64,000 nt of DNA from IMG/VR virus record IMGVR_UViG_3300033463_000014, positions 1 through 64,000 of that record; one strand, written 5' to 3'. Source of the DNA: a virus (Duplodnaviria > Caudoviricetes). Under the pieces are notes generated by a model. The model saw only the letters and a list, made by a program, of their open reading frames with translations. It did no database searches and was not told the DNA's origin. Shown here in pieces: positions 25,898-35,841 of the stretch. Each line of letters starts with the position of its first letter. Within the stretch, counting starts at the first letter, position 1. The position numbers and the translations under genes are program-made.

Positions 25898-28800
25898 CTA
25901 TGACATTTTACCCAGGCTTTGAGTAGCCTCTTTAGCTGCCTTAACTTGATCACCTACAACGCCCAGAGCTGGTGTGAACTTTTCAAGTTCTTTAAAGATT
26001 TTACCGACTAACTCAAGGATATCATACACCACGGAGTCCTGCCTGTAGGCGCCTTTCGTAAGCTCCGCCATCTTCGTGTCATCTATTCCAGCGGCATCTT
26101 TTATACCTTTAACAGTATCGAATCCCTCCTTCACCAGGTTCTGCAGGAATGCGGCGGCGTACTTGGAGTCGCCGAAGACCTTGTTCCCCTTAGAATCCTT
26201 GATCTCCGCCAGACTTTCGGCGATTTTTCTCCTTTCGTCCGATGACCCATCCTTATATTTCTTCAGAACGTCATCAGTGATCTCGGCCTCGCCCATGTAC
26301 TTAGCGAGGTCCCTGACGAGCTTCCTGCTCCGGTTTATCTCTTCCTTGGCGATCGACCCTGAACCCATGTTGATCGCGTTCGAGATCGCGTTCTGACCCT
26401 TCCAGGCGGCCGTGTCGTCGAGGGCGGTGATGAAGTCGGCCACGTGCTCCTCATCCACCCCCATTCCTTTCCAGTATTCCTCGTTGTGGATATCACCGCC
26501 AGCCATCTCGATCATCGTAGCGGCCTGCGCGAGGAGCCCAACCTGGGCGTTCTCGCTACCGAGGACGGCGCGTATCTTGTCGATGCGCTTGGACGAGACC
26601 CTCGATCCCAGAAGTTTGGACAGGGCCCTCATGCGGCCCTGACGGGTGTTGAGACCCTTCATGCCGGTCTTCCTGAGCTTGTCGATCTTGTCCTTGTCCA
26701 GCATGCCGAGCCCGGCTAGCTTGTCGGCGCTTTTCAGGAAATCTTCCGCGTTTCCAGCCCCGAAGATGCTGTCTATTGACTCGGAGACCATGCCGCCGGA
26801 CAGGCGGTTGATTTCCCTCATCTCCTCGGACGCCACATCTTCCCTTCCTATAAGGTTTTCTTTGGAAAGCAGTTGCTCAATACGCTTCTTCCCATCTTCT
26901 CCAAGAGCTTCTCCGTGGATTTCTGCATATGCCCTAAGAGCGTTCTTTGCCGCTTCCTCAATGGAGGAACCGGTAAAACGCGCGTTTTCAACGCTTTCAG
27001 TAACGATGTCAACAAGCGCCGAAAAATTCTCGTCACCCTCCTTGACATTTCCGACACCCCCATTGAGCATGTTCCTCACCGCGTTCCTATACGCCGATTT
27101 GCGGATTCTCCCCATGCCTCCTTCGCCGAGGTCCAAGCCTGATTTCTCAAGCTCAAGAATCTTATTCTCGAAAGCGGACAGAGCCTCCTCGTCTGTCTTC
27201 TTGCCCTTGAAGTCCTTGTCCATCAGGTTGCCGAACTTGAACGTGTTCGCCACGTTCATTCGGTCCCTGGCCGCGTTGAAGACCTTCCTCATCTGGTCCT
27301 CAGTCGCGTCCGCCTGCCAGAAATCCCTGTCGCCCTTCAGGTCGTTCTTCATCCTTTCCGCCGCGGCGCGCGATATCTTGCCCCCGGTGACGCTCGCGTC
27401 GTATTTCATGTCGAACGCCTCGGTGATCCGCTCGTATATGCCGGACACGTCCGCACCTTCGGCGTCCAGTGATTCCAGAAGCTCCCGTTTCTTCTCCTTG
27501 CTGACGCCGAGCGACCCTATTATTCCCCTTATGCGTTTCTTGGCCCTCGCCTCCTCGGCCCCGGTCATCACGCTTTTGTCGATTTCCCTGATCTGGCTGT
27601 CGATCTCGGCGGACTTCTCCGTGCGCTCGATCTCGTCCTCGTCAGCGCCGTACGCCCTGAGGTATTTCCTGATCTGCTCGATGCTCCTTCCCTGCGCGTA
27701 TCCGGCGTCCATGCCGTACTCGCTAACGGCCAGCCTCCTGAGGGCGTCGGCCGCTGCGTCTTTGCGCCAGCCGCCCGCCCTGTCCTTCCTGCCGGTCAGC
27801 GTCTTCAGCGTTGAGTCGCTGTCTTCGAAGTGGTAGGCCAGCATCTGCCTTCCGCCCTCGAGGGCGGTCTGGATGAGGTTGCCCTCCACGCCGGACATGG
27901 CGAGCCTGTCCCACGTTTCCCTGTCTCCGTTCAGCCTGAACGCCTGGATGGCGGACGGGTTGCTCATGTACGAGTCGAAGGCCACGCCGCCTATGCGTTT
28001 CCTGATGAGCGCCTTCGCGCTGTCCGGATGGCCGGACCTGAACGCCTCCTCGATCCTGGACATGTCCTCCTCGGTGAACTTGTCCTTGTGGGCTGACACG
28101 ATGGAGACGGCGTGCTCGGTCGAGGTGTCCATGAACTGGGTGAACCTCGACTGGATCCCGAACAGCGCGGTCATCTTCTGCGGTTTCGAGGCTTTCGGGT
28201 TGTTCGCCGCCCATGTGGTGAACGCGTTCATGGCGCCCTCGGACAGCGCCCTGATGGCCTCGTTGAGGCCTGACATGTCCGCGATCGTCCTGTTCGTCCC
28301 GAGCTTGCTGTCGAGCGCCTGCTGCGTGCTCGTCATGATGCCGTAGGCCTCCTGCGGGTCCATGCCGGCCATGGCGGATGTCACGCGGACCCTTGCCGCC
28401 ATGTTCCTGGCCCTCATGGCGATCTTTCTGGCGTCCTCCTCCGAACCGCCCAGGAAGTTGCCTCCGGCCATCCTGTCCATGACGTTCAGGGCCTCCTCGA
28501 CGCTTCCCGTAACCTTCGCGAGCATCGACGCGGCGTCGTTGAACTTTGAGCCGAGCTCCTCAAGCCTCCTCTTAAACCTGTCCGCCTCCTCGGCCCCGCC
28601 GAACGGGTTGATTTTGCCGTTCGCGTCGTTGTACGGGAGAGACGACGACAGGAGCCTCTGCGTCACGGCGCCGACCTCGTTCATGTTGAGCCCGTGGGTG
28701 AAGCTGACGTTGTAGCCCCTCCCCTCGGAGTTCGACATGTTGAAGACGCTGTGGGCGAGTGCGACCGACCTGTCGAACGCCGCCCTCGCCCCGTACGGGT

Positions 28801-29212
28801 TGAGCAGGTTCGGCGTTCCGAACCCGGCAGCAGCGTTGATCCCGGACGCACCGTTGGCGATCTGCTGGAAGAAGCTCTTTGGGCTCTGGATGCCGATCAT
28901 GGGCCCGATCATGTCAGGCGCGAACCGGTAGAGGCTTGATATGACGTTGGACATGCCCTGCCCGAAGCCGGTCATGGGGTTGAGCCCGAGCGTGTCGAGG
29001 AACGCGCCAGAGTTCCTCGCCACGATTGCGTCGCTCGGCCTCAATTCGAGACCGTTCCCCCTGACGAAGTCTCCGAGGCGGGCCGACATCATTCCCCTGA
29101 GCCCGTCGTAGGACGCGCCGCCCCCACCGCCTCCAGCGAGGTGGCTGAATATGGTCTTGATGTCTGCCCCGCTCATGAGCAGGGGCAGGAGTACGCCTAG
29201 AAGATCGTTCAT
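25898..29212 (-). CDS. Tape measure protein (1104 aa)
   Basis: Long helical Ala/Gly/charged protein immediately downstream of the frameshifting chaperone pair. Confidence 0.75.
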   Translation of the reverse strand: MNDLLGVLLPLLMSGADIKTIFSHLAGGGGGGASYDGLRGMMSARLGDFVRGNGLELRPSDAIVARNSGAFLDTLGLNPMTGFGQGMSNVISSLYRFAPDMIGPMIGIQSPKSFFQQIANGASGINAAAGFGTPNLLNPYGARAAFDRSVALAHSVFNMSNSEGRGYNVSFTHGLNMNEVGAVTQRLLSSSLPYNDANGKINPFGGAEEADRFKRRLEELGSKFNDAASMLAKVTGSVEEALNVMDRMAGGNFLGGSEEDARKIAMRARNMAARVRVTSAMAGMDPQEAYGIMTSTQQALDSKLGTNRTIADMSGLNEAIRALSEGAMNAFTTWAANNPKASKPQKMTALFGIQSRFTQFMDTSTEHAVSIVSAHKDKFTEEDMSRIEEAFRSGHPDSAKALIRKRIGGVAFDSYMSNPSAIQAFRLNGDRETWDRLAMSGVEGNLIQTALEGGRQMLAYHFEDSDSTLKTLTGRKDRAGGWRKDAAADALRRLAVSEYGMDAGYAQGRSIEQIRKYLRAYGADEDEIERTEKSAEIDSQIREIDKSVMTGAEEARAKKRIRGIIGSLGVSKEKKRELLESLDAEGADVSGIYERITEAFDMKYDASVTGGKISRAAAERMKNDLKGDRDFWQADATEDQMRKVFNAARDRMNVANTFKFGNLMDKDFKGKKTDEEALSAFENKILELEKSGLDLGEGGMGRIRKSAYRNAVRNMLNGGVGNVKEGDENFSALVDIVTESVENARFTGSSIEEAAKNALRAYAEIHGEALGEDGKKRIEQLLSKENLIGREDVASEEMREINRLSGGMVSESIDSIFGAGNAEDFLKSADKLAGLGMLDKDKIDKLRKTGMKGLNTRQGRMRALSKLLGSRVSSKRIDKIRAVLGSENAQVGLLAQAATMIEMAGGDIHNEEYWKGMGVDEEHVADFITALDDTAAWKGQNAISNAINMGSGSIAKEEINRSRKLVRDLAKYMGEAEITDDVLKKYKDGSSDERRKIAESLAEIKDSKGNKVFGDSKYAAAFLQNLVKEGFDTVKGIKDAAGIDDTKMAELTKGAYRQDSVVYDILELVGKIFKELEKFTPALGVVGDQVKAAKEATQSLGKMS

Positions 29213-29238
29213 CTCTCGTCCCGTTACCGGCTGGCTTA

Positions 29239-29267
29239 ATTATACCAATTTGGGGACCCGGGATCAA
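29239..29267 (-). promoter_or_regulatory. Sigma70-type promoter TTGATC-N17-TATAAT with extended TGG
   Basis: Read directly; 26 nt upstream of ATG 29212. Confidence 0.65.
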
Positions 29268-29758
29268 ACGCCGGACGCCGGCTCCTCACGAGCATACCTC
29301 CCCGTCGGTAGTCCGGATGGCGGGAGCCGACCCTCGGCGATAGCCCTGTTTTTCTCCTCTATGATCTCGTCAAGCTCGCGGAACAAAGCGTCGTAGTCGG
29401 TATCGTCCGATCCTCCTCCAGCGTTTTCTCCGTCACCGTCTCCGCCCGAACCGCCCTCTTGGGTCTTTTTAGACGAAGCGTACGGGAACGCGGACCTTAT
29501 GAGCTCGGACCTGATGTCCGAAACGCGGGACGCGGCTACACTGAAGTCGACGGACTTGCTGGAGCTCTGCGACGCGACAGACATCATCGACGCCATGAGG
29601 ACGAGGATCGTGTCCCTCCTCTCAAAGAAGTCCCTCCTCGCCCTCCTGTGCGTCACGGTGTGCCGGAAAACCGCCTCGCGGCCGTCCTCAAGCCTTCGGC
29701 AGTCGTACCCGATAGCGCCCTCCAGCTCCCTCAGGGCGTATCGGGAAGCCAGAAATTT
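29264..29758 (-). CDS. Tail assembly chaperone -1 frame extension (gpT-like part of a G/GT fusion)
   Basis: Frame is open from the slippery site to TGA 29264: FLASRYALRELEGAIGYDC...THRRARRDFFERR... Confidence 0.7.
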   Translation of the reverse strand, partial: KFLASRYALRELEGAIGYDCRRLEDGREAVFRHTVTHRRARRDFFERRDTILVLMASMMSVASQSSSKSVDFSVAASRVSDIRSELIRSAFPYASSKKTQEGGSGGDGDGENAGGGSDDTDYDALFRELDEIIEEKNRAIAEGRLPPSGLPTGRYAREEPASGV

Positions 29759-30438
29759 TCGTCTTCCGCCTTTTCGCAGAGAATCCTGTACCTTGTGTCG
29801 AAGTCTGAGATGCAGTTCATGACGGCGTCAACGACGCCCGCGCCGATCCCCTCCCAGAAGTCGGCCCGGCCGACCCACCCGGGCTCCGACAGCGTCTTTC
29901 CGTCGCTCCCTAGGGTCTCGAACAGGGGCTTCTCCATCGGCGGCATGTCCGTCCCGTTGAACCTCGCGATCTGGGCCACGAGAATGTGCCTCCGGCCGCG
30001 CCCTGAGACGTTCCATGTCGGGTCGGCCACGGCCTTCTTGAACGCCCACGCGGCGAGGGCGTTGGACTCCTCGGCCGTTATCGACCTTACGGTGAGCGAG
30101 ATCCTGCCGCCGAACAGGGTATAGTTCCTCTCGAACCGGCTGTTCGAGGCGACGGCGTCGATGAACCGCACCTTGTCCTCAGCCGTTACGGTCACGGTCC
30201 TCGTCTCGGGAATCGACTTGAGTCCGCCCTCTCTGCCGGGAGCGTCCCCGTCGACGTCATCCGGGATCTCGACCTCCGTATCCTCGGCGATGCGCTCCTG
30301 CGAGAAGATGCCTCCGCTTTCATCATACTTGCCGGATTCCCTTTCGGCCGCATCACGAGCGTCCGGATCCTTCCCGGCATTCACGTCTTTACCGGACGTC
30401 TCCGGCTTCACTTCCCTGTCTTCTCCTATGACCGTCAT
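29731..30438 (-). CDS. Tail assembly chaperone (gpG-like, ~235 aa; start 30438 or 30456)
   Basis: AAGGAGG RBS; ends ENFWLPDTP; lies between the spike and tape measure genes. Confidence 0.7.
   Translation of the reverse strand: MTVIGEDREVKPETSGKDVNAGKDPDARDAAERESGKYDESGGIFSQERIAEDTEVEIPDDVDGDAPGREGGLKSIPETRTVTVTAEDKVRFIDAVASNSRFERNYTLFGGRISLTVRSITAEESNALAAWAFKKAVADPTWNVSGRGRRHILVAQIARFNGTDMPPMEKPLFETLGSDGKTLSEPGWVGRADFWEGIGAGVVDAVMNCISDFDTRYRILCEKAEDENFWLPDTP
29752..29758 (-). other. -1 programmed ribosomal frameshift heptamer A AAT TTC
   Basis: X XXY YYZ in the correct phase (E-N-F), 6 sense codons before the chaperone stop. Confidence 0.75.
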
Positions 30439-30479
30439 CCTGTCCTCCTTTTCCATTGCGCCTTTCGGCGCGTTTACCT

Positions 30480-32945
30480 CTACCCCCTGACGAGGTACCC
30501 GATCTCCAGATCCTCGTACACGACGTCCGTGCTCGGCAGGACCTCTTTCCTGCTCGCGTTGAACCCCTTGTCCGTCAGGTTCGCGGGCTTGTCGCCCGAA
30601 AGCCTGGCATACTCGGAACCCGATCCGGCCCCCGGGAAAGGCGATCCGGACTCCTCCCAAAACTGCTCGGAGTACGCCTTCGCCTTTACCCCGGACAGCG
30701 TCTCGAAAACGCGCATGACCTGCGCCCACGCAGGCTGGTACATCCTGAAGACGTTGTCCTCCGCGCCTATCGTCCACGACCTGTCCGTCCCGCACTCGGC
30801 CGCCGTCCTGAAGCTGAAGGACATCTTGTCCAGCGCCTCGACGCTGAATCCGAGGGAGGCCTCCTTCTCGTCGGCGAGGTCCGTCGTCACCTCGTCTATC
30901 TCGGGAAGGAACTCGGACGCGACGTTTTCCACATCGGCCCACATGAGCGGAACGGGAAACTTGTCTCCCTTCGTGAGCGTCAGGTTTTTCTCCGAGAACA
31001 TCCCGATCGATCCAGCGACGGCCTGGACGCTCCTCCCGTTGACGATGAGGTGGGCGTCACCCTCCCTTGCCGAAAGGATGGTCGATCTCGCCCTCGTCCT
31101 GAGCGTCTTCGCGGCGATGGACACGTTTCCCTCGATCTCCTCTCCGCCGGATATGATCCGTGTGTCCTTCCTGGACCTCAGGTTCAGCGTGTTCCCGTCT
31201 ATGACGACGCCCTGGCCCTTCGTCCGTATGGTGATTCCCCTCACGGCGGCGCCCTCGCCGATTCCGGAGTCGCCCCACGGGGCCATGCCGTTGCCCCTGG
31301 ACTCGATGACGACCCCGCCCGGCCTGTCCTCCCCGTTCGCGCCGCCGAGGATCTCCATGTTCCTCGCCGCGCTGAGCCTCACGTCGTGGGCCGACGCGTG
31401 GATGTCGACCGAGTTCTGGGCCTTCTGTACGATGTCGTCGCCGGCTATCGTGAGCGCGGTCTTTCCGGGAAGGCTCATCACGCTTCCGGCGCACGCGATC
31501 GTGACGTTCCCGCCTAGCATGACGATCTCGCTTCCCCAGGCGTCCCTGATGATCACGCTCCCGTCCTCGCCGACGTAGACGCCTGCCCTGCGCCTGTCGT
31601 ACTTGGCGAGCTTGACCGTCTCGCTCCCCCCGTCCACGCCCTGTATGGCCGAGTCGTACGCGTCGGAGGACGGGCCCATGTCCTCCTCCTGGGGCGTGTA
31701 GTAGTCCGGTTCGCCGCCGGCGCCGTTTCCGTCCACCCTCGAGTACTGGTTCTTCAGGTCGTACGCCTGCCTGTCGTAGAGCTCGACCTGCCTGAGCGCG
31801 GGATCACCCTCCTTGTGCTCGAACGGCGTGAGGACATCGGGTCCCTCGCTGATGTCATGCCCCTTGTCCGTCGGGTATGCCGTCCTTACCGGGACGGGTA
31901 TCCTTCCGGCCCTCTCGAGGACGAGCATGCCTGAGGACGAGATGCGCGTCTGTCCGGACGGGTCGACCGTCTCGCGGAAGACGCCCTGCTCTGTCGGCTC
32001 CCCTTCCCCCATGACCCTGATCGCGGCGTCCCCGGGGTCCGGACGGAGGCAAAACCTGGACACGACGTTGCCGAAATAACCGGAGAGCTCCTTGAACCTA
32101 GGCCGCATGGCCTGGTTCTCTCCGCCTATGGGAGCCTCCGCGTCCGGCGTCCAGACCTGCTGCCCCCTGTACTTCCCGCCCAGTCGCTCCTCCTGGAACA
32201 CAGCGACGTCCCTCTCGGACGAGAGGAACCTTCCGTTGTGGAACTCGTGCAGGCTCCCGGACATCGAGTGGCGCTGGTAGGTCTCGCAGGTGACCCTCGC
32301 CAGGTTCGAGAGGGCTGACACCCTCACGGAAGCCCCGCCGCCGAGCAGTGTGGCCGAGAACATTCCTCCCTTGATGCCGCAGTTGTGCTGGTTTACGTTG
32401 GCGAACTCCCCCGGGTAGACGTCCGTGGGGCGTAAATGGGTGTGGATGTGCGTCGAGCCGTTGAACTCGTCGTGCATCGGCTTCATCATGCCGGGGACGT
32501 TCCTGTCCCACGTCCTCCTCTCCAGATCGTCCATGGTGAAGAGGCGCCTGTGGTACTGGTCGGGGTCGTTGTACTCGTCTCCCGTGCCCGAGAACAGCAT
32601 CTCGATTGGCATCCTTCCGATGATGACCCCGGACATGATCTTCCTCCCGACAGGCCTGACGAGCACGAACTCGCCTTCCCTCGGCGGGAACGTGCAGGAG
32701 TAGCCGTATGAGAGGGAGACGGGCTCGTCGGCGAAACGGCAGCTCCACTGGCTGCTCGTCCCGAAGGCCTGGACCGTCGCCGTGTGCGTGTTCGGGTTGT
32801 ATGTGATGACCCTTCCGAGGAGGACGTCCTCGACGCCGTTGTACGCTCCGGAATAGAAGCGCGTGCATCCCATCGGGTCTGAAGACCCGAACGGGACCGT
32901 GCCGCCGACCCATCCCATCGGCAGGGCGTTTAGCGTGACTAGCAT
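30480..32945 (-). CDS. Baseplate central spike (gp5/gpV/VgrG-like, 821 aa)
   Basis: N-terminal OB-like GRVITYNP...PREGEFVLV; beta-helix-like GSVIIRDAWGSEIVMLGGNVTIACAG... Confidence 0.7.
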   Translation of the reverse strand: MLVTLNALPMGWVGGTVPFGSSDPMGCTRFYSGAYNGVEDVLLGRVITYNPNTHTATVQAFGTSSQWSCRFADEPVSLSYGYSCTFPPREGEFVLVRPVGRKIMSGVIIGRMPIEMLFSGTGDEYNDPDQYHRRLFTMDDLERRTWDRNVPGMMKPMHDEFNGSTHIHTHLRPTDVYPGEFANVNQHNCGIKGGMFSATLLGGGASVRVSALSNLARVTCETYQRHSMSGSLHEFHNGRFLSSERDVAVFQEERLGGKYRGQQVWTPDAEAPIGGENQAMRPRFKELSGYFGNVVSRFCLRPDPGDAAIRVMGEGEPTEQGVFRETVDPSGQTRISSSGMLVLERAGRIPVPVRTAYPTDKGHDISEGPDVLTPFEHKEGDPALRQVELYDRQAYDLKNQYSRVDGNGAGGEPDYYTPQEEDMGPSSDAYDSAIQGVDGGSETVKLAKYDRRRAGVYVGEDGSVIIRDAWGSEIVMLGGNVTIACAGSVMSLPGKTALTIAGDDIVQKAQNSVDIHASAHDVRLSAARNMEILGGANGEDRPGGVVIESRGNGMAPWGDSGIGEGAAVRGITIRTKGQGVVIDGNTLNLRSRKDTRIISGGEEIEGNVSIAAKTLRTRARSTILSAREGDAHLIVNGRSVQAVAGSIGMFSEKNLTLTKGDKFPVPLMWADVENVASEFLPEIDEVTTDLADEKEASLGFSVEALDKMSFSFRTAAECGTDRSWTIGAEDNVFRMYQPAWAQVMRVFETLSGVKAKAYSEQFWEESGSPFPGAGSGSEYARLSGDKPANLTDKGFNASRKEVLPSTDVVYEDLEIGYLVRG

Positions 32946-32977
32946 GTTTAAGTATCCTCCCGATCCGTATCCGCCGA

Positions 32978-32987
32978 ATTATACCAA
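32978..32987 (-). promoter_or_regulatory. Extended -10 promoter TTGGTATAAT
   Basis: Just downstream of the tube terminator, 32 nt upstream of ATG 32945. Confidence 0.65.
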
Positions 32988-33009
32988 ACGCGGCCAGCTG
33001 TGACGGCTG

Positions 33010-33041
33010 AAAAAAAGGAGGCCCCGTTTCCGGTGGCCTCC
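33010..33041 (-). terminator. Rho-independent terminator after the tail tube gene
   Basis: GGAGGCC-accggaaacgg-GGCCTCC followed by TTTTTTT on the minus strand. Confidence 0.85.
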
Positions 33042-33067
33042 GTTCGAGTCAAACTAGCCCGTCATCG

Positions 33068-33496
33068 TCACATGGTCAGGCCTGTGAACACCGCCTGAAC
33101 GCCCTGCCCGATGAACCCCCGCCCTCCCTGGACGGTCAGGCTGACGGCGCTCGCCACGCAGTTGTGGCAGGTCAGCGTCTTTCCGTAGATGTTGCAGGTC
33201 GATCCGCCGAACGTGACGGACATCGTGAACGTGTCGCACCCGCCCTCGTTCAGGTGCATCGCCTCCGCGATGTCGTAGTCCTTCGACAGGATCGTCTCCG
33301 CGGAGAACGAGCCCTGCGCCTCGCCGATACTGATGACGCGCTTGTCACCGATCGTGTTGATCACCTCGACCTGGCGGCCGAACTGGATCTGTGCGTTGAT
33401 GGCAAGCATCGTAGCCCCGTTGATGGTGATGATCGCCTTGCCAGTCCTTACGACCACGGGCTTTCCAGTGTCTGTTCCAAAAACCGAATTAGGCAT
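33068..33496 (-). CDS. Tail tube protein (142 aa)
   Basis: Small beta-rich protein directly downstream of the sheath gene and followed by a terminator. Confidence 0.75.
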   Translation of the reverse strand: MPNSVFGTDTGKPVVVRTGKAIITINGATMLAINAQIQFGRQVEVINTIGDKRVISIGEAQGSFSAETILSKDYDIAEAMHLNEGGCDTFTMSVTFGGSTCNIYGKTLTCHNCVASAVSLTVQGGRGFIGQGVQAVFTGLTM

Positions 33497-33528
33497 TTCT
33501 TTATCTCCTTGATTTCACAAGACCGGCG

Positions 33529-35754
33529 TTAGACCGTCAGGACGATGTCGATGCGGTTGCACGGGTACGGGACGCTGAGCCTGATGGCCACGTCCACGTG
33601 GTCCTTCACGAGGGGGTTCTGCCTGATGTAGAGGATCTCGGTCTCCTCCGCGATCAGCTGCGGGCCGTACACGCTCGAGCTGCCAGCGAACTGGTCGATC
33701 AGCCGGACGGCCAGGTTGTTCAGGATCGCGATCAGGCCCGGGAAGATGTTGTACTTGCCGTAGTACGGGCGGAAGGTATCGGCGAAGGCGTAGGAGATGC
33801 TGTCAACGTTCTTCGTGATCGAGATCTCCCCTGTGTTGAGGTTTCCGTCCGAGTACGCCGTCGTGATCTGGTGCCTGACGTAGACGACGTCGTCGGGGAG
33901 GTCCTGCGCGATGATGAGCGTCCCGCCGGCGGCGATCCTGTTGAGGTCGTCGCGGCCGTAGCGGCTGTAGGTGAGCGGGATGGAGTCGATCCCCCTGACC
34001 GTCATGTTCGTGAACGGCTGCTGGGGCTCGAGGGACGAAACGAGGCCGGCGATTGCGCAGGCCGCGAACTCGCCTGTCATCTCGACTCCTCCGGAGACGA
34101 ACTTCGGGGGGAACACGTTCATGGTCCTGCGGTCGGAGAGGTGCCGCGAAAGGCTCGCGATCTCGTCGGCGGACTCGGAGGCGGATAGCCTGTGGTAGAT
34201 CTCGATCTTGGCCGGCACGTAGCTCGTGCTGCCGATCTTTCCGAGACTGGACACGTCGACCTTTCCGTAGACCTCAACGGTGTAGTTGTTCACGACGCGC
34301 TTGACGGTGTAGGTGTCGGGCTCGGTCTCGCCCCAGGCGTTCTCGCCGAACCTGAACAGGACGATGTCTCCCTCTTTGAGGTTCGCCGAGCGGAGCGCGA
34401 TGTCCGTGTTGCCGTTCGTGTCCGAAACGGACTTTGTTACCCTGAGCATCGTGTAGTCCGTACCGTCTGGAGCGACGCCGACGGTCGGCGAAACGGGGAT
34501 CGCCAGGTAGTCGTTCCCGTTAAGGTCCATCGAGGAGTCCAGGACGGGAACCGTCTCAGGGACGTCCTTGGAGACGTACGAGACGCGCCACTGCTTCTCC
34601 GTCTCGCTGGACATGCTGGCGACGTGGCTCATGACCTTTTCGATGACGGCGCCGTCCCTCGTGACCGGCGCGAGGTTGTAGACCCTGCTGGTCAGGGACG
34701 CCTTGTTCAGCACGAAGTCCCAGCCCGCGGAATCGTTCGTCGGGATGGCCATGAAGTAGACCGGAGGGGCCTCGTTTCCGGACGCCGCGTTCAGGCAGGC
34801 CATGTGGACGCCCTCGGCGAGGGGGTTGTCCGGCGAGACCGCCCCGAGAAGCCCCTCCACCTGGGAGTCGCCGGTCACGGAATGGATGTTGTCAGCGTAG
34901 GACGTGTCGAGCTCGCGGAACTGGACGTAGAGGTCTGCGAAAAGGACGCCGCTGTATTGCGGCTCCTCGAAGTAGTCGGTGACCTTGAACTTCAGGGTGG
35001 TGATCTGGACGCCGTAGAAAGACCCGTCGCTGTCAGTCAGTTTCGTGTCGGGCTGCGTCCACTGGTAGTTTCCCGGGCGGTCGAAGTCCTTAGATGTGAA
35101 CTCGACGCCGCTCCGGACCTCGACGAGCTTGACGGAGACGGAGGATGTGTTGACGGTATCGGGGATGGCGTCTCCGATCGTGATGACCGTTCCGACAGCG
35201 ATCTCCGTAGAGGAGTCGCCTCCGGATAGCGAGCTGTCGATATCCGTCGCGCTGTCGTAGTACCGGAATCCCTTGACGGTGGTCTTCAGGTAGGTGGTAG
35301 GGGCGCCCGATCCGGTCTCCTGATAGGATACGATCAGCGTGTCGCCGACCTTAAGGTCCTGTTTGAGGGCGTCCATCCTGCCCTGTCCGGCCACTTTTTC
35401 GCCGGCGAGCCCGAGGAGGGTGTACCCGCCGTTCGCGTCACGCACGGCCTTGACGGCGTCCTTCTCGGGGAGCGTCACGCTGCCGATGTTCGCGAGCTCG
35501 ACGACCACGTTGTCGCCGAAGAGCCTCGTGAAGGACTTGTCCACCTTCTCCTCGTCGAGTACGGAGGGATAGCGGACGCTCATGGAGGCGCCCTCGTAAA
35601 GCCCGACGTACGTTCCCGCCTTCTCTGCCTCGTCCGTGTACCTGTGGAGATAGAAGCTCGGCCCGAAGACGAAAGCGGGCTGCTCACGCTCGACCGAAGT
35701 CGGGGCGATTGTCAGATCCTGTTTTACAGTGACCATCGGTTGCTGGTATGCCAT
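33529..35754 (-). CDS. Contractile tail sheath protein (741 aa)
   Basis: N-terminal MAYQQPMVTV.Q; C-terminal DDLNRIAAGG..VYVRHQITT..EISITKNVD..VPYPCNRIDIVL sheath signature. Confidence 0.85.
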   Translation of the reverse strand: MAYQQPMVTVKQDLTIAPTSVEREQPAFVFGPSFYLHRYTDEAEKAGTYVGLYEGASMSVRYPSVLDEEKVDKSFTRLFGDNVVVELANIGSVTLPEKDAVKAVRDANGGYTLLGLAGEKVAGQGRMDALKQDLKVGDTLIVSYQETGSGAPTTYLKTTVKGFRYYDSATDIDSSLSGGDSSTEIAVGTVITIGDAIPDTVNTSSVSVKLVEVRSGVEFTSKDFDRPGNYQWTQPDTKLTDSDGSFYGVQITTLKFKVTDYFEEPQYSGVLFADLYVQFRELDTSYADNIHSVTGDSQVEGLLGAVSPDNPLAEGVHMACLNAASGNEAPPVYFMAIPTNDSAGWDFVLNKASLTSRVYNLAPVTRDGAVIEKVMSHVASMSSETEKQWRVSYVSKDVPETVPVLDSSMDLNGNDYLAIPVSPTVGVAPDGTDYTMLRVTKSVSDTNGNTDIALRSANLKEGDIVLFRFGENAWGETEPDTYTVKRVVNNYTVEVYGKVDVSSLGKIGSTSYVPAKIEIYHRLSASESADEIASLSRHLSDRRTMNVFPPKFVSGGVEMTGEFAACAIAGLVSSLEPQQPFTNMTVRGIDSIPLTYSRYGRDDLNRIAAGGTLIIAQDLPDDVVYVRHQITTAYSDGNLNTGEISITKNVDSISYAFADTFRPYYGKYNIFPGLIAILNNLAVRLIDQFAGSSSVYGPQLIAEETEILYIRQNPLVKDHVDVAIRLSVPYPCNRIDIVLTV

Positions 35755-35811
35755 TCATTTCTCCTTCCGTGGAGACCCGTTGCGGGCTCGTAAAGATTGA
35801 CTCTGAACATT

Positions 35812-35841
35812 ATCCTACATAAGAGGAGGCCTAGTTGTCAA
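35812..35841 (-). promoter_or_regulatory. Sigma70-type promoter TTGACA-N18-TAGGAT upstream of the sheath gene
   Basis: Perfect -35 and near-consensus -10, read directly. Confidence 0.6.

Noticed and set aside
20437-35754. Extracellular contractile injection system, tailocin or T6SS interpretation of the sheath/tube/spike/baseplate genes
   Set aside because: Capsid, scaffold, protease, neck and tape measure genes are contiguous with them, which indicates a complete tailed phage
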